Assembly: GCF_009914755.1 (NCBI RefSeq)
Contig: NC_060934.1
Strand: one strand, 5' to 3'
Length of the DNA stretch: 64,000 nucleotides
Source: the human T2T-CHM13v2.0 reference genome, Homo sapiens
A program made the translations under genes and the position numbers. Below are positions 1-12,980 of the stretch, piece by piece (position 1 is the stretch's first letter; every line of letters starts with the position of its first letter). Under the pieces are notes generated by a model. The model worked only from the letters and a program-made list of their open reading frames with translations. It was not told the origin of the DNA and searched no databases.

Positions 1-534
<534 letters not shown>

Positions 535-914
535 TTAATTGCACTGAAATATTCATCTTCATCTTATGCTGGACTATGAAGGAATTGAAAGAACATAAGC
601 ATTTACCTGCATTTAAAATTCCCACAATTCCCTCTCTAGACATGAGTTTCTATACTTGGGTCTAGAGGAGAGATGAAAAGGATACTCGTTGTGGGTTTTA
701 AAGGAAGCCCTGAATGTTAGCAATATTAAGCACTTAATATATAAATAACTTCTAAAAATTCAGACCCTGGGGCCAGTAATTAAAGACAGTGCTTCAAAAC
801 AAGTTTATTGGAATTACCCGTGTGAGAAAGGAACCGCTGCTTTGAGCTTGTGGGATACTATTATCTTCATTAAAATAACTGACTACCACAATCCTGATAT
901 ATTGACAAGCTGCT

Positions 915-1090
915 AGCTTGTGGAACAGAGTAGAAAATAGACCCATACATACAGAGATAGCTGACTTTTGACAACTGTGTAAAATTAATTTAGTGGAAAA
1001 GAAGAATCTTTTAATAAATGGTACTGAACAGTTAGATATTCATATGCCAAAGAGGTGAACTTAATTCACACCTTGCACCATATATGATGT
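915..1090 (+). mobile_element. Old L1M ORF2 fragment
   Basis: Degenerate L1 ORF2 motifs (tggaacagagtaga...aatagaccca...ttttgacaa...tcttttaataaatggtactg). Confidence 0.6.
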
Positions 1091-2815
1091 ATTGACTATG
1101 AATTTATAAATCTTCCAGACAAGCAAAAAACCCATTCCATCAGCCCTTTACCAACCACCCACATTACAGCAGAGCTGAGGAAATATTTAAGTGGGTGGTA
1201 CCCATCCTATCAACATGTGGTAACAAGGAGGTAGGGCTTACTGGCTGAAGGAAATTGAGAAGTTGGAGAGTTTGGGAGGAGTGAAGAAAAGTGTGTTATT
1301 CGAAACTGGGCAGCACTGAGGGGCAGTTCTGAAAGGTGATAATGACTTGAGCTGCTGTGCTGTCTGCATTACTTGCTATCAGTCAAAATCTATGGAGAGG
1401 TAGCCACACACTGACAGCAAGTGATAGCTGACAACTCAGTGCAATGAAGGAGAAATAATTATAAAAGAAAAAAATTAATAATGAAGACTTCTGAGCCTTG
1501 TAGTAAAAATGCCAAATGCTGTTCAATATGCTCTGTTTTAGAAGATCAAGCAATATATGATACATTTTAAAATATTTTAATTAAAATAACTTTTTAAAAA
1601 ATTGCTTATAAGGAGTACACCTTTTAAATTTGGATAACTTTTTCTGAAAGATTATTGTTTGAGAGTTTTAAATAGTATATTACTAAATACCATTTATTTT
1701 CTAATGTAGTCCATTGTTTCCTATTGTAACAATGGAAATAATAAAAAATATTTAGAAATATGTTCAAGCACAGGGAGAATTCTTTTACAAATGGCTTTGT
1801 TAAGCAAAATCTCTTGATTTTTATATAATTCTTTATAATTATTTTAATATTTTAAATAAAATACTGTATACACATGTTTTCAGAATTGAATAACTTACTC
1901 TAAATTTAATGTCATATGTAATGACCTTTTTATAAATGTAATTAATAAAGCTCATATTAAACATCTTTATTGTACAAAGTATTGTGTCAGTTACTGGGGC
2001 AATTCAAGTTGATTTAATACTCTGTCCTTATTCTGGTTTGAAAAACAGGACTCAGCCAGAAAATAATAACTAAAAAGAGAATGGTTCACAAATGGAGTAG
2101 ACAAGTCAGAGTAATCATTACATTCAGAGATGTGGAACTCGACAGCCAACACAGCCACAATTGCTTCTCTTTCTCCTGTGTAAATCCCATTTCAAATGTA
2201 TGTATAGAGTAAGGAGAAGAGCACCCAAATGAAAATCAAGAAATCTTAGTTTTATTTCTTATTCTATTGTAATTTTGACATGTAATAAAACATATCAGAA
2301 TTCCATTCTGCAAATCAAGAGACTTAAATCGTGCTGCAGATAGATACATGCTTCTGTGGACTTTTACTTAAATGAATGCCTGTAGTTTGTGGACATGGAC
2401 TCCCTCTCTATTCATATCGACCAAGTCAGAGTTTGAAGAGAGTTATTGGGATCTTGTTAAAGCCACGTACATGCGTTGTTTCTTAGTTGCATTGTCTTTA
2501 ATATAGATATAATATTACTTTCTTGGATTAAAGACAGGAGCTCTGTTTGCTTTCAAGGTCCCTTCTTGGTCAGGACCTGTGGGTCTATGAAAGTCATTAA
2601 TTTTATGATCATGCACAAGATTGTTGTTCAGGGGTATGACATGGGAAATGCATCCACAAATGATGTTTACTGCCACCTCAATTATAACACCTGCTCCCCT
2701 TAGTTTACAATAAAACACCAAAATAGTGGCAAATTGACTGAAATAAATGTGGCATATAACACATTTAGGGACTACATACCAAGTGTACCTAAAAGCAAAA
2801 TCCCATCAATCTTTA

Positions 2816-2949
2816 ATTTTTTTCTTCTTCCTTTTCCTTTCCCTCCCCTCTCCTCCCCTCTCCTCCCCTTTCCTTGCCCCTCCCCTTCCCTCCCCTCCCC
2901 CTCCCCTTCTCTCCTTTCCTCTCCTTTACTTTCTTTCTCTTCTCTTTTG
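2816..2949. repeat. CT-rich polypyrimidine low-complexity tract
   Basis: About 130 nt of almost only C/T (ccctcccctctcctcccctc...). Confidence 0.9.
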
Positions 2950-3744
2950 TGTTTCTACTTCCATTGTAGAAGCTCAATAAATATCTGTTGTATTAAAAGG
3001 ATCTAGGTGTCAACATAGAGAATGCAATGGAACATCAACCCAAGTTCGTAACCATAACATAGGCATTTTTTAAATGAATATTGTCAAGAAAGATACAGTT
3101 GCACTTTGCTTTAGGCAAAGATACACAAAATAAAGCATAGCAGTTTTATAAATCGAATTATATCTCAAATTTACTAGTGACCTAGCAAGATAAATAAATC
3201 CTATTGAAAATTCATTTTTAAAATTCTTAAAATTAAGTAACAATTGCCTTATTTATTCTTTAAGGACATTTTGATTTAAATATGTCAAATTTGTTTAAAT
3301 AATCTTTTAAAAAGTTAAAACCAGTTATTAATACCATGCATCAAATTACAAAATATCTGAAGCATGTAATTTTAATAAATAGACCTAAAAAATACAAGGC
3401 TGGAAAAAGTTCCAAACTGTACAATTTAAATGATCATAGGACTTCGGAGTTTCTTTTATCTGTACTCTGTATTCCAGTAATAAATTCATATGATAAAGCA
3501 ATGTCTGCATGACATGGAGGATAAAGAGAAAAGTGAAGTATCCAAGGTACATTTTACAACTGATCAGGGTATTCTTATAGATCTCTGATTTTAAGTACAG
3601 AAATGTGTATTTAGCTCAAAATAAAAGTATTCAAAATATTTATGATATTATACTTAAAAATCAAACCTGAAGGACACTATCAGAGGAGAATCTTATCTTG
3701 ATGCATGCTAATTTAGTAAACAGGACATGAGCTATTTTGGAATT

Positions 3745-3880
3745 AGACATGCAGCTTTCCCTGCAATGAACTCCGACTATGTAGGTGACCTTGTGCATGT
3801 TACTTAAACTTTCTGATTCACTTTCCTCATCTGTAAAACAGGTGGCTATGCAGGATTGTTGGAAGTGTTTGCTGCTATGA
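3745..3880 (+). mobile_element. MIR SINE fragment
   Basis: MIR core-like gtgaccttgtgcatgttacttaaactttctg...ttcctcatctgtaaaa. Confidence 0.7.
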
Positions 3881-3955
3881 GACACAAATCAAAGAGGCTT
3901 CCTTGAGATCTCTTTGCCACTTAACTGGAAGACTCTCATTAAGAGTCTGAAGTCC

Positions 3956-6000
3956 CCTCTCTCCCCCTCCCCCTCCCTCTCCCTCTCCCCTCTTTCCACG
4001 GTCTCCCTCTCATGCCGAGCTGAAGCTGGACTATGCTGCTGCCATCTCGGCTCACTGCAACCTCCCTGCCTGATTCTCCTGCCTCAGCCTGCCGAGCGCC
4101 TGCGATTGCAGGTGCACGCCGCCACGCCTGACTGGTTTTCGTATTTTTTTGGTGGAGACGGGGTTTCGCTGTGATGGCCGGGCTGGTCTCCAGCTCCTAA
4201 CCACGAGTGATCCGCCAGCCTCGGCCTCCCGAGGTGCCGGGATTGCAGACGGAGTCTCCTTAACTCAGTGCTCAATGGTACCCAGGCTGGAGTGCAGTGG
4301 CGTGATCTCGGCTCGCTACAACCTCCACCTCCCAGCCGCCTGCCTTGGCCCCCCAAAGTGCCGAGATTGCAGCCTCTGCCCGGCCGCTACCCCATCTGGG
4401 AAGTGAGGAGCGTCTCTGCCTGGCCGCCCATCGTCTGGGATGTGAGGAGCCCCTCTGCCTGGCTGCCCAGTCTGGAAAGTGAGAAGCGTCTCTGCCCGGC
4501 CGCCATCCCACCTAGGAAGTGAGGAGCGCCTCTTCCCGGCCGCCATCCCACCTAGGAAGTGAGGAGCGCCTCTTCCCGGCCGCCATCCCATCTAGGAAGT
4601 GAGGAGCGTCTCTGCCCGGCCGCCCATCGTCTGAGATGTGGGGAGCACCTCTGCCCCGCCGCCCTGTCTGGGATGTGAGGAGTGCCTCGGCCCGGCCGCG
4701 ACCCTGTCTGGGAGGTGAGGAGCGTCTCTGCCCGGCCGCCCTGTCTGAGAAGTGAGGAGACCCTCCGCCCGGCTGCCACCCCGTCTGGGAAGTGAGGAGC
4801 GTCTCCGCCCGGCAGCCACCCTGTCCGGGAGGGAGGTGGGGGTCAGCCCCCCCAGGCCAGCCGCCCCGTCCAGGAGGGAGGTGGGGGTCAGCCCCCCACC
4901 CGGCCAGCCGCCCCGTCTGGGAGGTGAGGGGCGCCTCTGCCCGGCTGCCGCTACTGGGAAGTGAGGAGCCCCTCTGCCTGGCCAGCCGCCCCGTCCGGGA
5001 GGGAGGTGGGGGGGTCAGCACCCCGCCCGGCCAGCCGCCCCGTCTGGGAGGGAGGTGGGGGGGTCAGCCCCCCGCCCGGCCAGCCGCCCCGTCCGGGAGG
5101 GAGGTGGGGGGGTCAGCCCCCCGCCCGGCCAGCCGCCCCGTCCGGGAGGGAGGTGGGGGGGTCAGGCCCCTCCTGGCCAGCCGCCCCGTCCGGGAGGGAG
5201 GTGGGGGGTCAGCCCCCTGCCCGGCCAGCTGCCCCGTCCGGGAGGTGAGGGGCGCCTCTGCCCGGCCGCCCCTACTGGGAAGTGAGGAGCCCCTCTGTCT
5301 GGCCAGCCGCCCCGTCCAGGAGGGAGGTGGGGGAGTCAGCCCCCCGCCCGGCCAGCCGCCCCGTCCGGGAGGGAGGTGGGGGGGTCAGCACCCCCACCCG
5401 GCCAGCCGCCCCGTCCGTGAGGTGAGGGGCGCCTCTGCCCGGCCGCCCCTACTGGGAAGTGAGGAGCCCCTCTGCCCGGCTACCACCCCGTCTGGGAGGT
5501 GTACCCAACAGCTCATTGAGAACAGGCCATGATGACAATGGCGGTTTTGTGGAATAGAAAAGGGGGAAAGGTGGGGAAAAGATTGAGAAATTGGATGGTT
5601 GCTGTGTCTGTGTAGAAAGAAGTAGACATGGGAGACTTCATTTTGTTCTGTACTAAGAAAAATTCTTATGCCTTGGGATCCTGTTGATCTATGACCTTAC
5701 CCCCAACCGTGTGCTCTCTGAAACATGTGCTGTGTCCACTCAGGGTTAAATGGATTAAGGGCAGTGCAAGATGTGCTTTGTTAAACAGATGCTTGAAGGC
5801 AGCATGCTCGTTAAGAGTCATCACCACTCCCTAATCTCAAGTACCCAGGGACACAAACACTCTGCCTAGGAAAACCAGAGACCTTTGTTCACTTGTTTAT
5901 CTGCTGACCTTCCCTCCACTATTGTCCTATGACCCTGCCAAATCCCCCTCTGCGAGAAACACCCAAGAATGATCAATAAAAAAAAAAAAAAAAAAAAAAA
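3956..6000 (+). mobile_element. Full-length SVA retrotransposon (SVA_D-like) with 15-bp TSD
   Basis: Short CCCTCT head (~3956-3992), antisense Alu-like region (~3993-4370), GC-rich VNTR (~4370-5500), HERV-K-derived SINE-R (~5500-5975), AATAAA and poly(A). TSD aagagtctgaagtcc at 3941-3955 and 5999-6013, preceded by TT (L1 endonuclease TT/AAGA site). Confidence 0.98.
4370..5500 (+). repeat. SVA VNTR (35-50-bp GC-rich units)
   Basis: Repeated units such as cccggccagccgccccgtccgggagggaggtggggggg and gaagtgaggagcgtctctgcccggcc. Confidence 0.95.
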
Positions 6001-6102
6001 GAGTCTGAAGTCCTCCAATATTTGGCTAAATTCTATAATCTCAAAAATAGTGATGGAGACAGGGTATCCCATATTTCCATACATAAATTTCACTTCCCTG
6101 AT

Positions 6103-6268
6103 CAGTGAGGGAAAAAGTTAATTAATGGGATATTCCTGTGAGGTTGCTTGGAGATAAACTTGTCCAAATGTTTATATAAAACTAAAATTATTTAGATAGG
6201 CTCTTATCTAGAGTCATGATTTTATTTTCTTTCAGGAGATATAGAAATAAGAGCTAGAATTGCTTATT
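6103..6268 (+). repeat. Local diverged duplication, copy A (paralog of 7844-8021)
   Basis: Colinear match to 7844-8021 including identical 25-mer tcttatctagagtcatgattttatt (6202-6226 = 7955-7979). Confidence 0.85.
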
Positions 6269-6930
6269 GTAGCTAATTTGTAGCTGATTTCTGGGTTGAG
6301 AAAAAATTGCAATATACTCTGCCTTTCATTTTCTTACTTGAATTCTCATGTTTTTCTGATAATTAATATCTGGAAAGAATAATCAAGTCTTAATATTGGA
6401 GACAGAAACCTGTGTTCTAATGGTGATGTTTTTGTGTCTTTGTTTTTGTTTGTTTATCCATAAACTTTCCTGAGCGTTGCAAATCTAGTTCTAAACATCT
6501 ATATATTTTGACAAACAACCCATAGGTTATAAACCTGGAAATATGTATGAAATAATGTAGCAATAAAATAATTTGACTAGGGTCAAGGGAATTTTGTTCT
6601 AGTCTCAGTTCTGTCTTTACCACTGTGAGATTCTGAGTGAGTCTCAGTGATTCTGGTTGTATTTCCCTGAACAGAAAATCTTAGTTAGACTGGAAATTGA
6701 ATGAACTTTTATGAATGTCTAGCTTTAAAAATCTAGAACCAACATAGGATGGGACTTCTTTAGTTAATTCAAACAAATAAATAAACCCCAAAAGTATTTG
6801 AGAATATAGAACTTGTTCAAATTACTTTTATGAATTCTGAATTTCCCTTTTAATGTGTGCACACATAAATAGTGAGATTAACCTCTCTTGGTATTTGTAC
6901 TCTTTATAGAAATACATAGGAAACGTATTG

Positions 6931-7200
6931 TTACTTTAAGTTCTAGGGTACATGGGCACAATGTGCAGGTTTGTTACATATGTATACATGTGCCATGTTG
7001 GTGTGCTGCACCCATTAACTCGTCATTTACATTAGATATATCTCCTAATGCTATCCCTCCCCACTCCCCCAACCCCACGACAGGCCCCGATGTGTGATGT
7101 TCCCCACCCTGTGTCCAAGTGTTCTCATTGTTCAGTTTTCACCTATGAGTGAGAACATGCGGTGTTTGGTTTTCTGTCCTTGCGATAGTTTGCTCAGAAT
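6931..7200 (-). mobile_element. L1PA 3' end fragment
   Basis: ttactttaagttctagggtacat...gtgtgatgttccccaccctgtgtccaagtgttctcattg...tgcgatagtttgctcagaat. Confidence 0.93.
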
Positions 7201-7843
7201 AAACCATCATTCTGTTGACCTTAATATTAATATTAATTATTTTGCCTCTTTAAAATTCATTATGTTAGCACTTTATTAAGACAATATAAGAGTAGGTCAG
7301 TATAGTAGCTGAGCCAAATAAACTGATGTTTTCTAATAAGAAATAATCATTTAATATATATTCATTCATACTTTTTTCCCATGTAGGCAACTGGGAATTG
7401 TTGTTATTGTTGTTGTCATTTTTCTTCAGAGCTCTTTAATTTATCACACAGATTGATCCTAAGAAAATGCCATCAATTCTTTTACATGGTGACATGTTAG
7501 AAATGATCACCTCTGCACTATACTTAGGTCCCCTGAGGAGTTACCGAAGGACTCACCGAGATTGGTTTCTTGCTTTCATGTCATTTCAATGAGATTGACA
7601 CTAGGGTTGATAAACAGATGGACAGTTCCATGACATTGACATTTCTATGGTGTCAAACAAATATGCTAGCAGAAAGCAACTCCTGTTTGCATTTCGACTG
7701 GTCTCAGGAAAGACGCTTTGTATGGTCTTAAAATGGAGAAAGAGAACGGTCACCCAGCCAGAGACTCTCAGAATCAACCTTTACTTAGAGAAAGACTGTT
7801 GGTCTCCATGTTCTTGCATTTGGTCATCCCGAAAGTGACATTG

Positions 7844-8021
7844 CAATGGGGGAGCAAGTTGATTACATGATACTCCTGATCCCCATGGTGAGGTTCCTTG
7901 AAGATAAACTTGGCCGAATGTTTCTATAAAGCCAACATCATTAGTTAGACATGTTCTTATCTAGAGTCATGATTTTATTCTCCTCTTGATATTATAAAAA
8001 CAGGAGCTTGAATTTCTGATT
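7844..8021 (+). repeat. Local diverged duplication, copy B (paralog of 6103-6268)
   Basis: gtgaggttccttgaagataaacttggccgaatgtttctataaag vs gtgaggttgcttggagataaacttgtccaaatgtttatataaaa, plus the identical 25-mer. Confidence 0.85.
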
Positions 8022-8087
8022 TCAACTTCTGTCATTTCAAATAGCTCTATGATCTTAGAAAAATGTTAACTTCATTTAAAAAATATC

Positions 8088-8445
8088 TATTTTTTATTTA
8101 CTTATTTATTTTTAACTTTTATTTTAAGTTCAGGGGTACATGTACAGGTTTGTTACACAGGTAAACTTGTGCCGTGTTGGCATGTGGTACAGATTATTTC
8201 ACCACCCAGGCATTAAGTCTAGTACCTATTAGTTATTTTTCCTGATCCTCTCCCTCCTCCACCCTCCACCCTCTGATAGGCCCCAGCGTGTATTGTTCCC
8301 CTCTGTGTGTCCATATGTTCTCACATTTAGCTCCCACTTATACATGAGAACATGTGGTATTTGGTTTGCTGCTCCTGCATTAGTTTGCTAAGGACAATGG
8401 ACTCCAGCTCCATTCATGTCCTTAAAAAGGACATAATCTTGTTCT
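8088..8445 (-). mobile_element. Older L1PA (L1PA13-16-like) 3' end inserted into a MIR
   Basis: ttttaacttttattttaagttcaggggtacatgtacagg...; flanked by the TSD-like gttaacttc on both sides; MIR-like sequence at ~8000-8075 and ~8460-8580. Confidence 0.88.
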
Positions 8446-10559
8446 TAAAAAGTTAACTTCTAATTCTCAGTTACAAAATTTGTAAAATGATGATGATGGC
8501 TAGAATATAAGGTGTATTTCAGAATCAAATGCCATAGTGGATGTAAGAACACATTGTAAACACTCTAAATATAAAAATGCAATATAAAATATAAATATAA
8601 AACATAAATATAAAATGCAATATAAAATTGCAAGGTATTATTGTTATTATCTAGGGCCAGCTTCTCCTCATAGTTAAATGAAGGCACTAGTGTAAATCAT
8701 TACCTGGCTGAGGCTTGCACATTTAATATTTTGCCAAAACTATACTTAGGTAGGTAAATTACAATGCGCACATAACTTTGATAATGATCTGAGCTTTGTA
8801 TAGTAGACAGTGCCATTGCTTGCCTTTATCAGCATGCAGTGGAAATGACCATATTTAAACTTAAGAAGTTCAAAAAGTATAGAATTAACACATTTCTCTA
8901 TCTAGTCATCGTTTGTAAATTAAAAGAACAAATAAGAAAAAAATGAGTAGACAATCAACTAGGTAGCCAAAAGACATAATAGGAAATGCTGTATTTATGA
9001 GTTGTACAGAAACTCCATTTTACAGCCCATGTATACAGCATTTGCACCATTAGACAGGAAATAGCAGCAATGCATAAAGCTGGTAGAATTCTGAATTAGC
9101 TGTCCCTTGAAATCTGGTTGTGGAGCAAGGGATCCACTGTTTTCCTGAGTTCTGGCTGGACAGTAGCCACATCACAAGTCAGAGAAAGATGCTCTGAGAA
9201 AAAGGTTCTCAAAGATGCTTTCTGTTTGCAGGGAGGATTTTACTAAGTGGCCTGTTCTATAAGTGCATTCACAGGATTTGTTTGTTGTGATTAATAACAA
9301 TAAAGAGATAAAAATGATCATTGACATTTGGGAAATGTCGTCTAAAAGATCCCATTTAAGTGTGATTTTGAAAAGCACTTTTCATAATTTCATTATGATT
9401 TAGGAAAACTTGAGGAAGATTTTTTTTTTTTTTTTTGCAAGTTGTTTGTTTTGCACACAGGAAAACACGTCGTTCCTTCTGGTTTGTCTTGAGAACAAAT
9501 TACTCTAAAATGGCTTAGAGAATATGGGAGATTGCTTATCTTCCCATGTTTAATAGAATAATACAAACCTGTAACCTGACTATTTAATAAGGAAAAGATC
9601 TTCTGCCATCATGTGGAATGTTGGAGAATCTTCCCTTGTTTGATGTTTTTGTGCCTTTGCTGGCTTCTATGTAAAATAAATCGAATTTCCTTATAGAGGA
9701 GTAATTGTTATGACCACAAATAAAATGTTTAAAAATCATGAAGTTTACAAAGTGAAGGTATTTCAGAAAGTTACATCTTGATTATTTAGATTCTGCCTTT
9801 TCCATGAGACAGTTTTAAGGAAAAAAAGAAAAGAAAAGCTTCTAGCTTAGGGGAAAAAAAATCACAAAAATTAGAGACTACAAATATCTTTTGTATTGTG
9901 TCTTCTTTTTCTACTAGGGAATTTTTAAAGGGGGACATATTTACCAGCAGGTCTCAAATTGATTGAATGGCTACACTTATTTATTTATTGCAATTTTCTT
10001 TGGATATTATAGGTATTTTGTAGTATTATTTAATGTTACCAGTACCCTTTATTCTCTTAGCATTTCTTATGTCAGCATAGTTACTAAATGCATCTTTCCA
10101 TTTTCTTTGCCCAAATCTCTCCTTTCATCTCATCAATTATTTTCAGGGTGTGGCAAAGTGACCCACTTCTCTGTAACAAAGGTTAGAGACATCAGCCAGC
10201 CTGGGAACGCCTCCTGCCGATAAACTGAGAATACCTGATTCTACCTGCCACACAGGAACCCGTTTCAAAGAAAATGTTTGACCCAGCTGTCATTCAAGCT
10301 TAATTTATATGCTAGAAAGAAACTTAACCAGATGCCACATATTTCTTGTTGAAGTGATTCATCATATTCCACAAGTAATACAATCATCTCTCATGTGGGA
10401 AGAGAAGTAGGAGAAGTGCAATCAGAAATAGACAGAATTAAATGAAAAGCAGAAAGGGTCCAAATTATCCTCTATTATTGGGGTGAAAAAATATGATGTC
10501 AGCAGCAAGAAAGACATTGTTAAGAATTGCTGCTGACTGTGCAAATACCATGTTAAAGT

Positions 10560-11780
10560 GAAATTTCCAGTTTTTCATGGAGGAATAGATCCATATGTAG
10601 TTGGACTTATATGGCCGATGCAATTTTCCACTCCTTCACCTAATTTTCCATGTAGATTCATCGCTCTTTCCTCCTTTAAATACCTTGTGGAAAACTCACT
10701 TTCCCCCTGAATTACAGAATTCTAGGAAGGAAGGAAGGAGTTAAACCTATTTCTTTCTGTGAGGGGAAAGTTGTTTCCTGCAAATATATCTCAGTAGCCT
10801 AGGAGAAATGTTCTGCTAGATTAGGTTGATTGAAAAACTCCACTGATAAGGAAGGAAATGAAGAAGAAGTACCTGGAACCGTGTCCCTCATCCTCTCTAG
10901 AAGACTGTGGCTACTCCATCATTTTAAACTATTACTTACAACTCACATTGTCAATGGGCCCTTCTCCAATTGAATTAAATATGATCCACATTATAAACAC
11001 CCAATTATCTCACTTTCTTCAAATATATGCAATTTATTTTAAGTACATCTATGGAAAAGGAGTGTGTGTGTGTGTGTTGTGGTGTGTGTGTGTGTGGTGT
11101 GGTGTGTGTGTGTGTGTCTCAACATATTTTCCTGCAGAGGTGATTGTGCCAAATTTATGGCAAGTGAAAAAACTGGGAGAGGGAGGGCATGCTTATTCAA
11201 GTTTCATCCAGTATTGCAAGTCTTTTTTCGTTCCTCCTCTCGTGTATCTTCTGTGTGTCCAGTACACCGTGAGTCACTGGCCCATAGAAACACTTGCCAT
11301 GATACCTAATCATCAAGGATTTATCAGGCAACTAGAAATTTAGGAATAACAGACAGGAAGCAAGTGGTTGGGAAGCTTGTGAAGGGATTTTCTTCTTGGC
11401 ATATTTTACAGAATCCAGGTCAGTGTCTGATATATAATGATCACAAGAGAATACCAACGTATCAAGTAATAGGGGGACTTTCCCACTGTAGAGTTCTTAA
11501 AATGATTTGTCTATCATGGTGCTCTGACCACCGAGCAATTGCTGGCGTGAAGCTGGCCTTAGTTGGAGCATATCCTGTTGCTTCAGCTTTTATTAATGAT
11601 TTTTATCTGGAATCTTTAGTTATAGGCTAAGTTCCTAGGAGTCAAGGGTGAAAGCTTCTCTATTTTGAAACATGTACTTGCAGCCTTCATTTAAGTGTTA
11701 CATCTGCTGGAGATACTCAGTATGTGTTTATCACAATGACTGTGTGGTGAAGAGCTAAGAGAAAATGCACACGGCCTGCA
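10560..11780. promoter_or_regulatory. Candidate inducible (NF-kB/AP-1/ETS/STAT) enhancer
   Basis: GGGGACTTTCCC 11473-11484, TGAGTCA 11270-11276, ACAGGAAG ~11353, TTCTAGGAA 10720-10728, TGTGGT ~11743 in sequence free of interspersed repeats; motif evidence only. Confidence 0.3.
11062..11117. repeat. Interrupted (GT)n microsatellite
   Basis: gtgtgtgtgtgtgtgttgtggtgtgtgtgtgtgtggtgtggtgtgtgtgtgtgtgt. Confidence 0.95.
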
Positions 11781-12948
11781 GAATTGCTTGGGCAAAGGGG
11801 AAAAAGGCCAACGAAGAAAACATAAGAATAAGAAGACATTATATAAGACAGGACAAATTGTTGATATTTGTTGTCATTGGGATCACAGTGAGGTCTATTT
11901 AAATAGATGGTTACAGACAGGAATTTTGTATCAAGTCAATTTCCCCTGTGCTCCAAAGCCATTCTTTGATGGTGAAATATTTGAAAGCATGCTGGACTTT
12001 TGATATATGGTTTTCTGACTTGAACTTCTAAAGCCAGAGGACAGAGATCTTACCATTCTTTCTTTAGTTCATTGATGAACAGCATGCTCTTGTTCCACTA
12101 ATAATTAGTACTCACTGAGACAATGGCCACTTTTCTTGGATTCTTGGTTGGTTGGTTTGTGTGGTACCTGAATAGTTTTAAGTTTGCTCAATTTAAATAC
12201 TGACATGCTGTCAATCCACACCCCTTAAGGTAATAACAAGTATTTTACATTTCTGCTTCATAAATCAGAACACATATGTTGGGATACTTAGGGTGCACAA
12301 TTATCCTTTCTGGAAACCCTAACAATTATACAGCACTCAGGAAGATAGGGACTTGATCTTTTATATCATCATCGACTTTAAACATCAAATAACTATGATT
12401 CATTTCCTAGTGTTAACATAAATAAATCCCCATTGTAATACAAAAAATTAACATGAGTTGTTTGTAGACATTCATGGATGAATCACAAATAAAGCTTAGA
12501 AACCAGATGAGCCTCCATGGAACTATTGTCATCACTATGGCTGGAATAAGTGAAAATGACAGCATTTTCTAATAATGTGCTAGGACAAGTTTAAAGAAAT
12601 GAAACTGTAAACTATCTTGAAAGACCACAGAGCAAACTGCAATGATAAAATGTAACACAATCCATGTGGATGTCCTTTGGAGATATTCAGTGCTTACTGC
12701 TCTTTGGATATTTTTGATGTTAAGCACTGTTAAGGCAATTACAGTAATGTAGAGATTTTCAGATGTGACACTGATGACAAAGAGAGATTCGACCAACTTT
12801 TCTTAGATAAGCTCTGTAAGAAATATACTGTGCTGGATTTTTGCTTTTCGATATACAACGAAGAAAATTCCTATTGATTTCCATGTGTCTATCTACTTAC
12901 CTCAGAGAATTTGTGAAAGTGTCTCAGTCCAGCAAACACCCCAAAAAC

Positions 12949-12977
<29 letters not shown>
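12949..12977. repeat. (CA)n microsatellite
   Basis: About 14 perfect CA units. Confidence 0.95.

Positions 12978-12980
<3 letters not shown>

Noticed and set aside
4370-5500. Repeat array superficially like a CRISPR array
   Set aside because: No unique spacers and no cas genes; it is the SVA VNTR in primate DNA
3914-5532. Overlapping Pro/Arg/Gly-rich ORFs up to 246 aa
   Set aside because: They lie almost wholly within the SVA Alu-like region and VNTR; GC-rich repeats simply lack stop codons
10858-11343. 161-aa ORF
   Set aside because: Reads through a GT microsatellite (VCVC...), has no recognisable domain, and an ORF of this length could occur by chance
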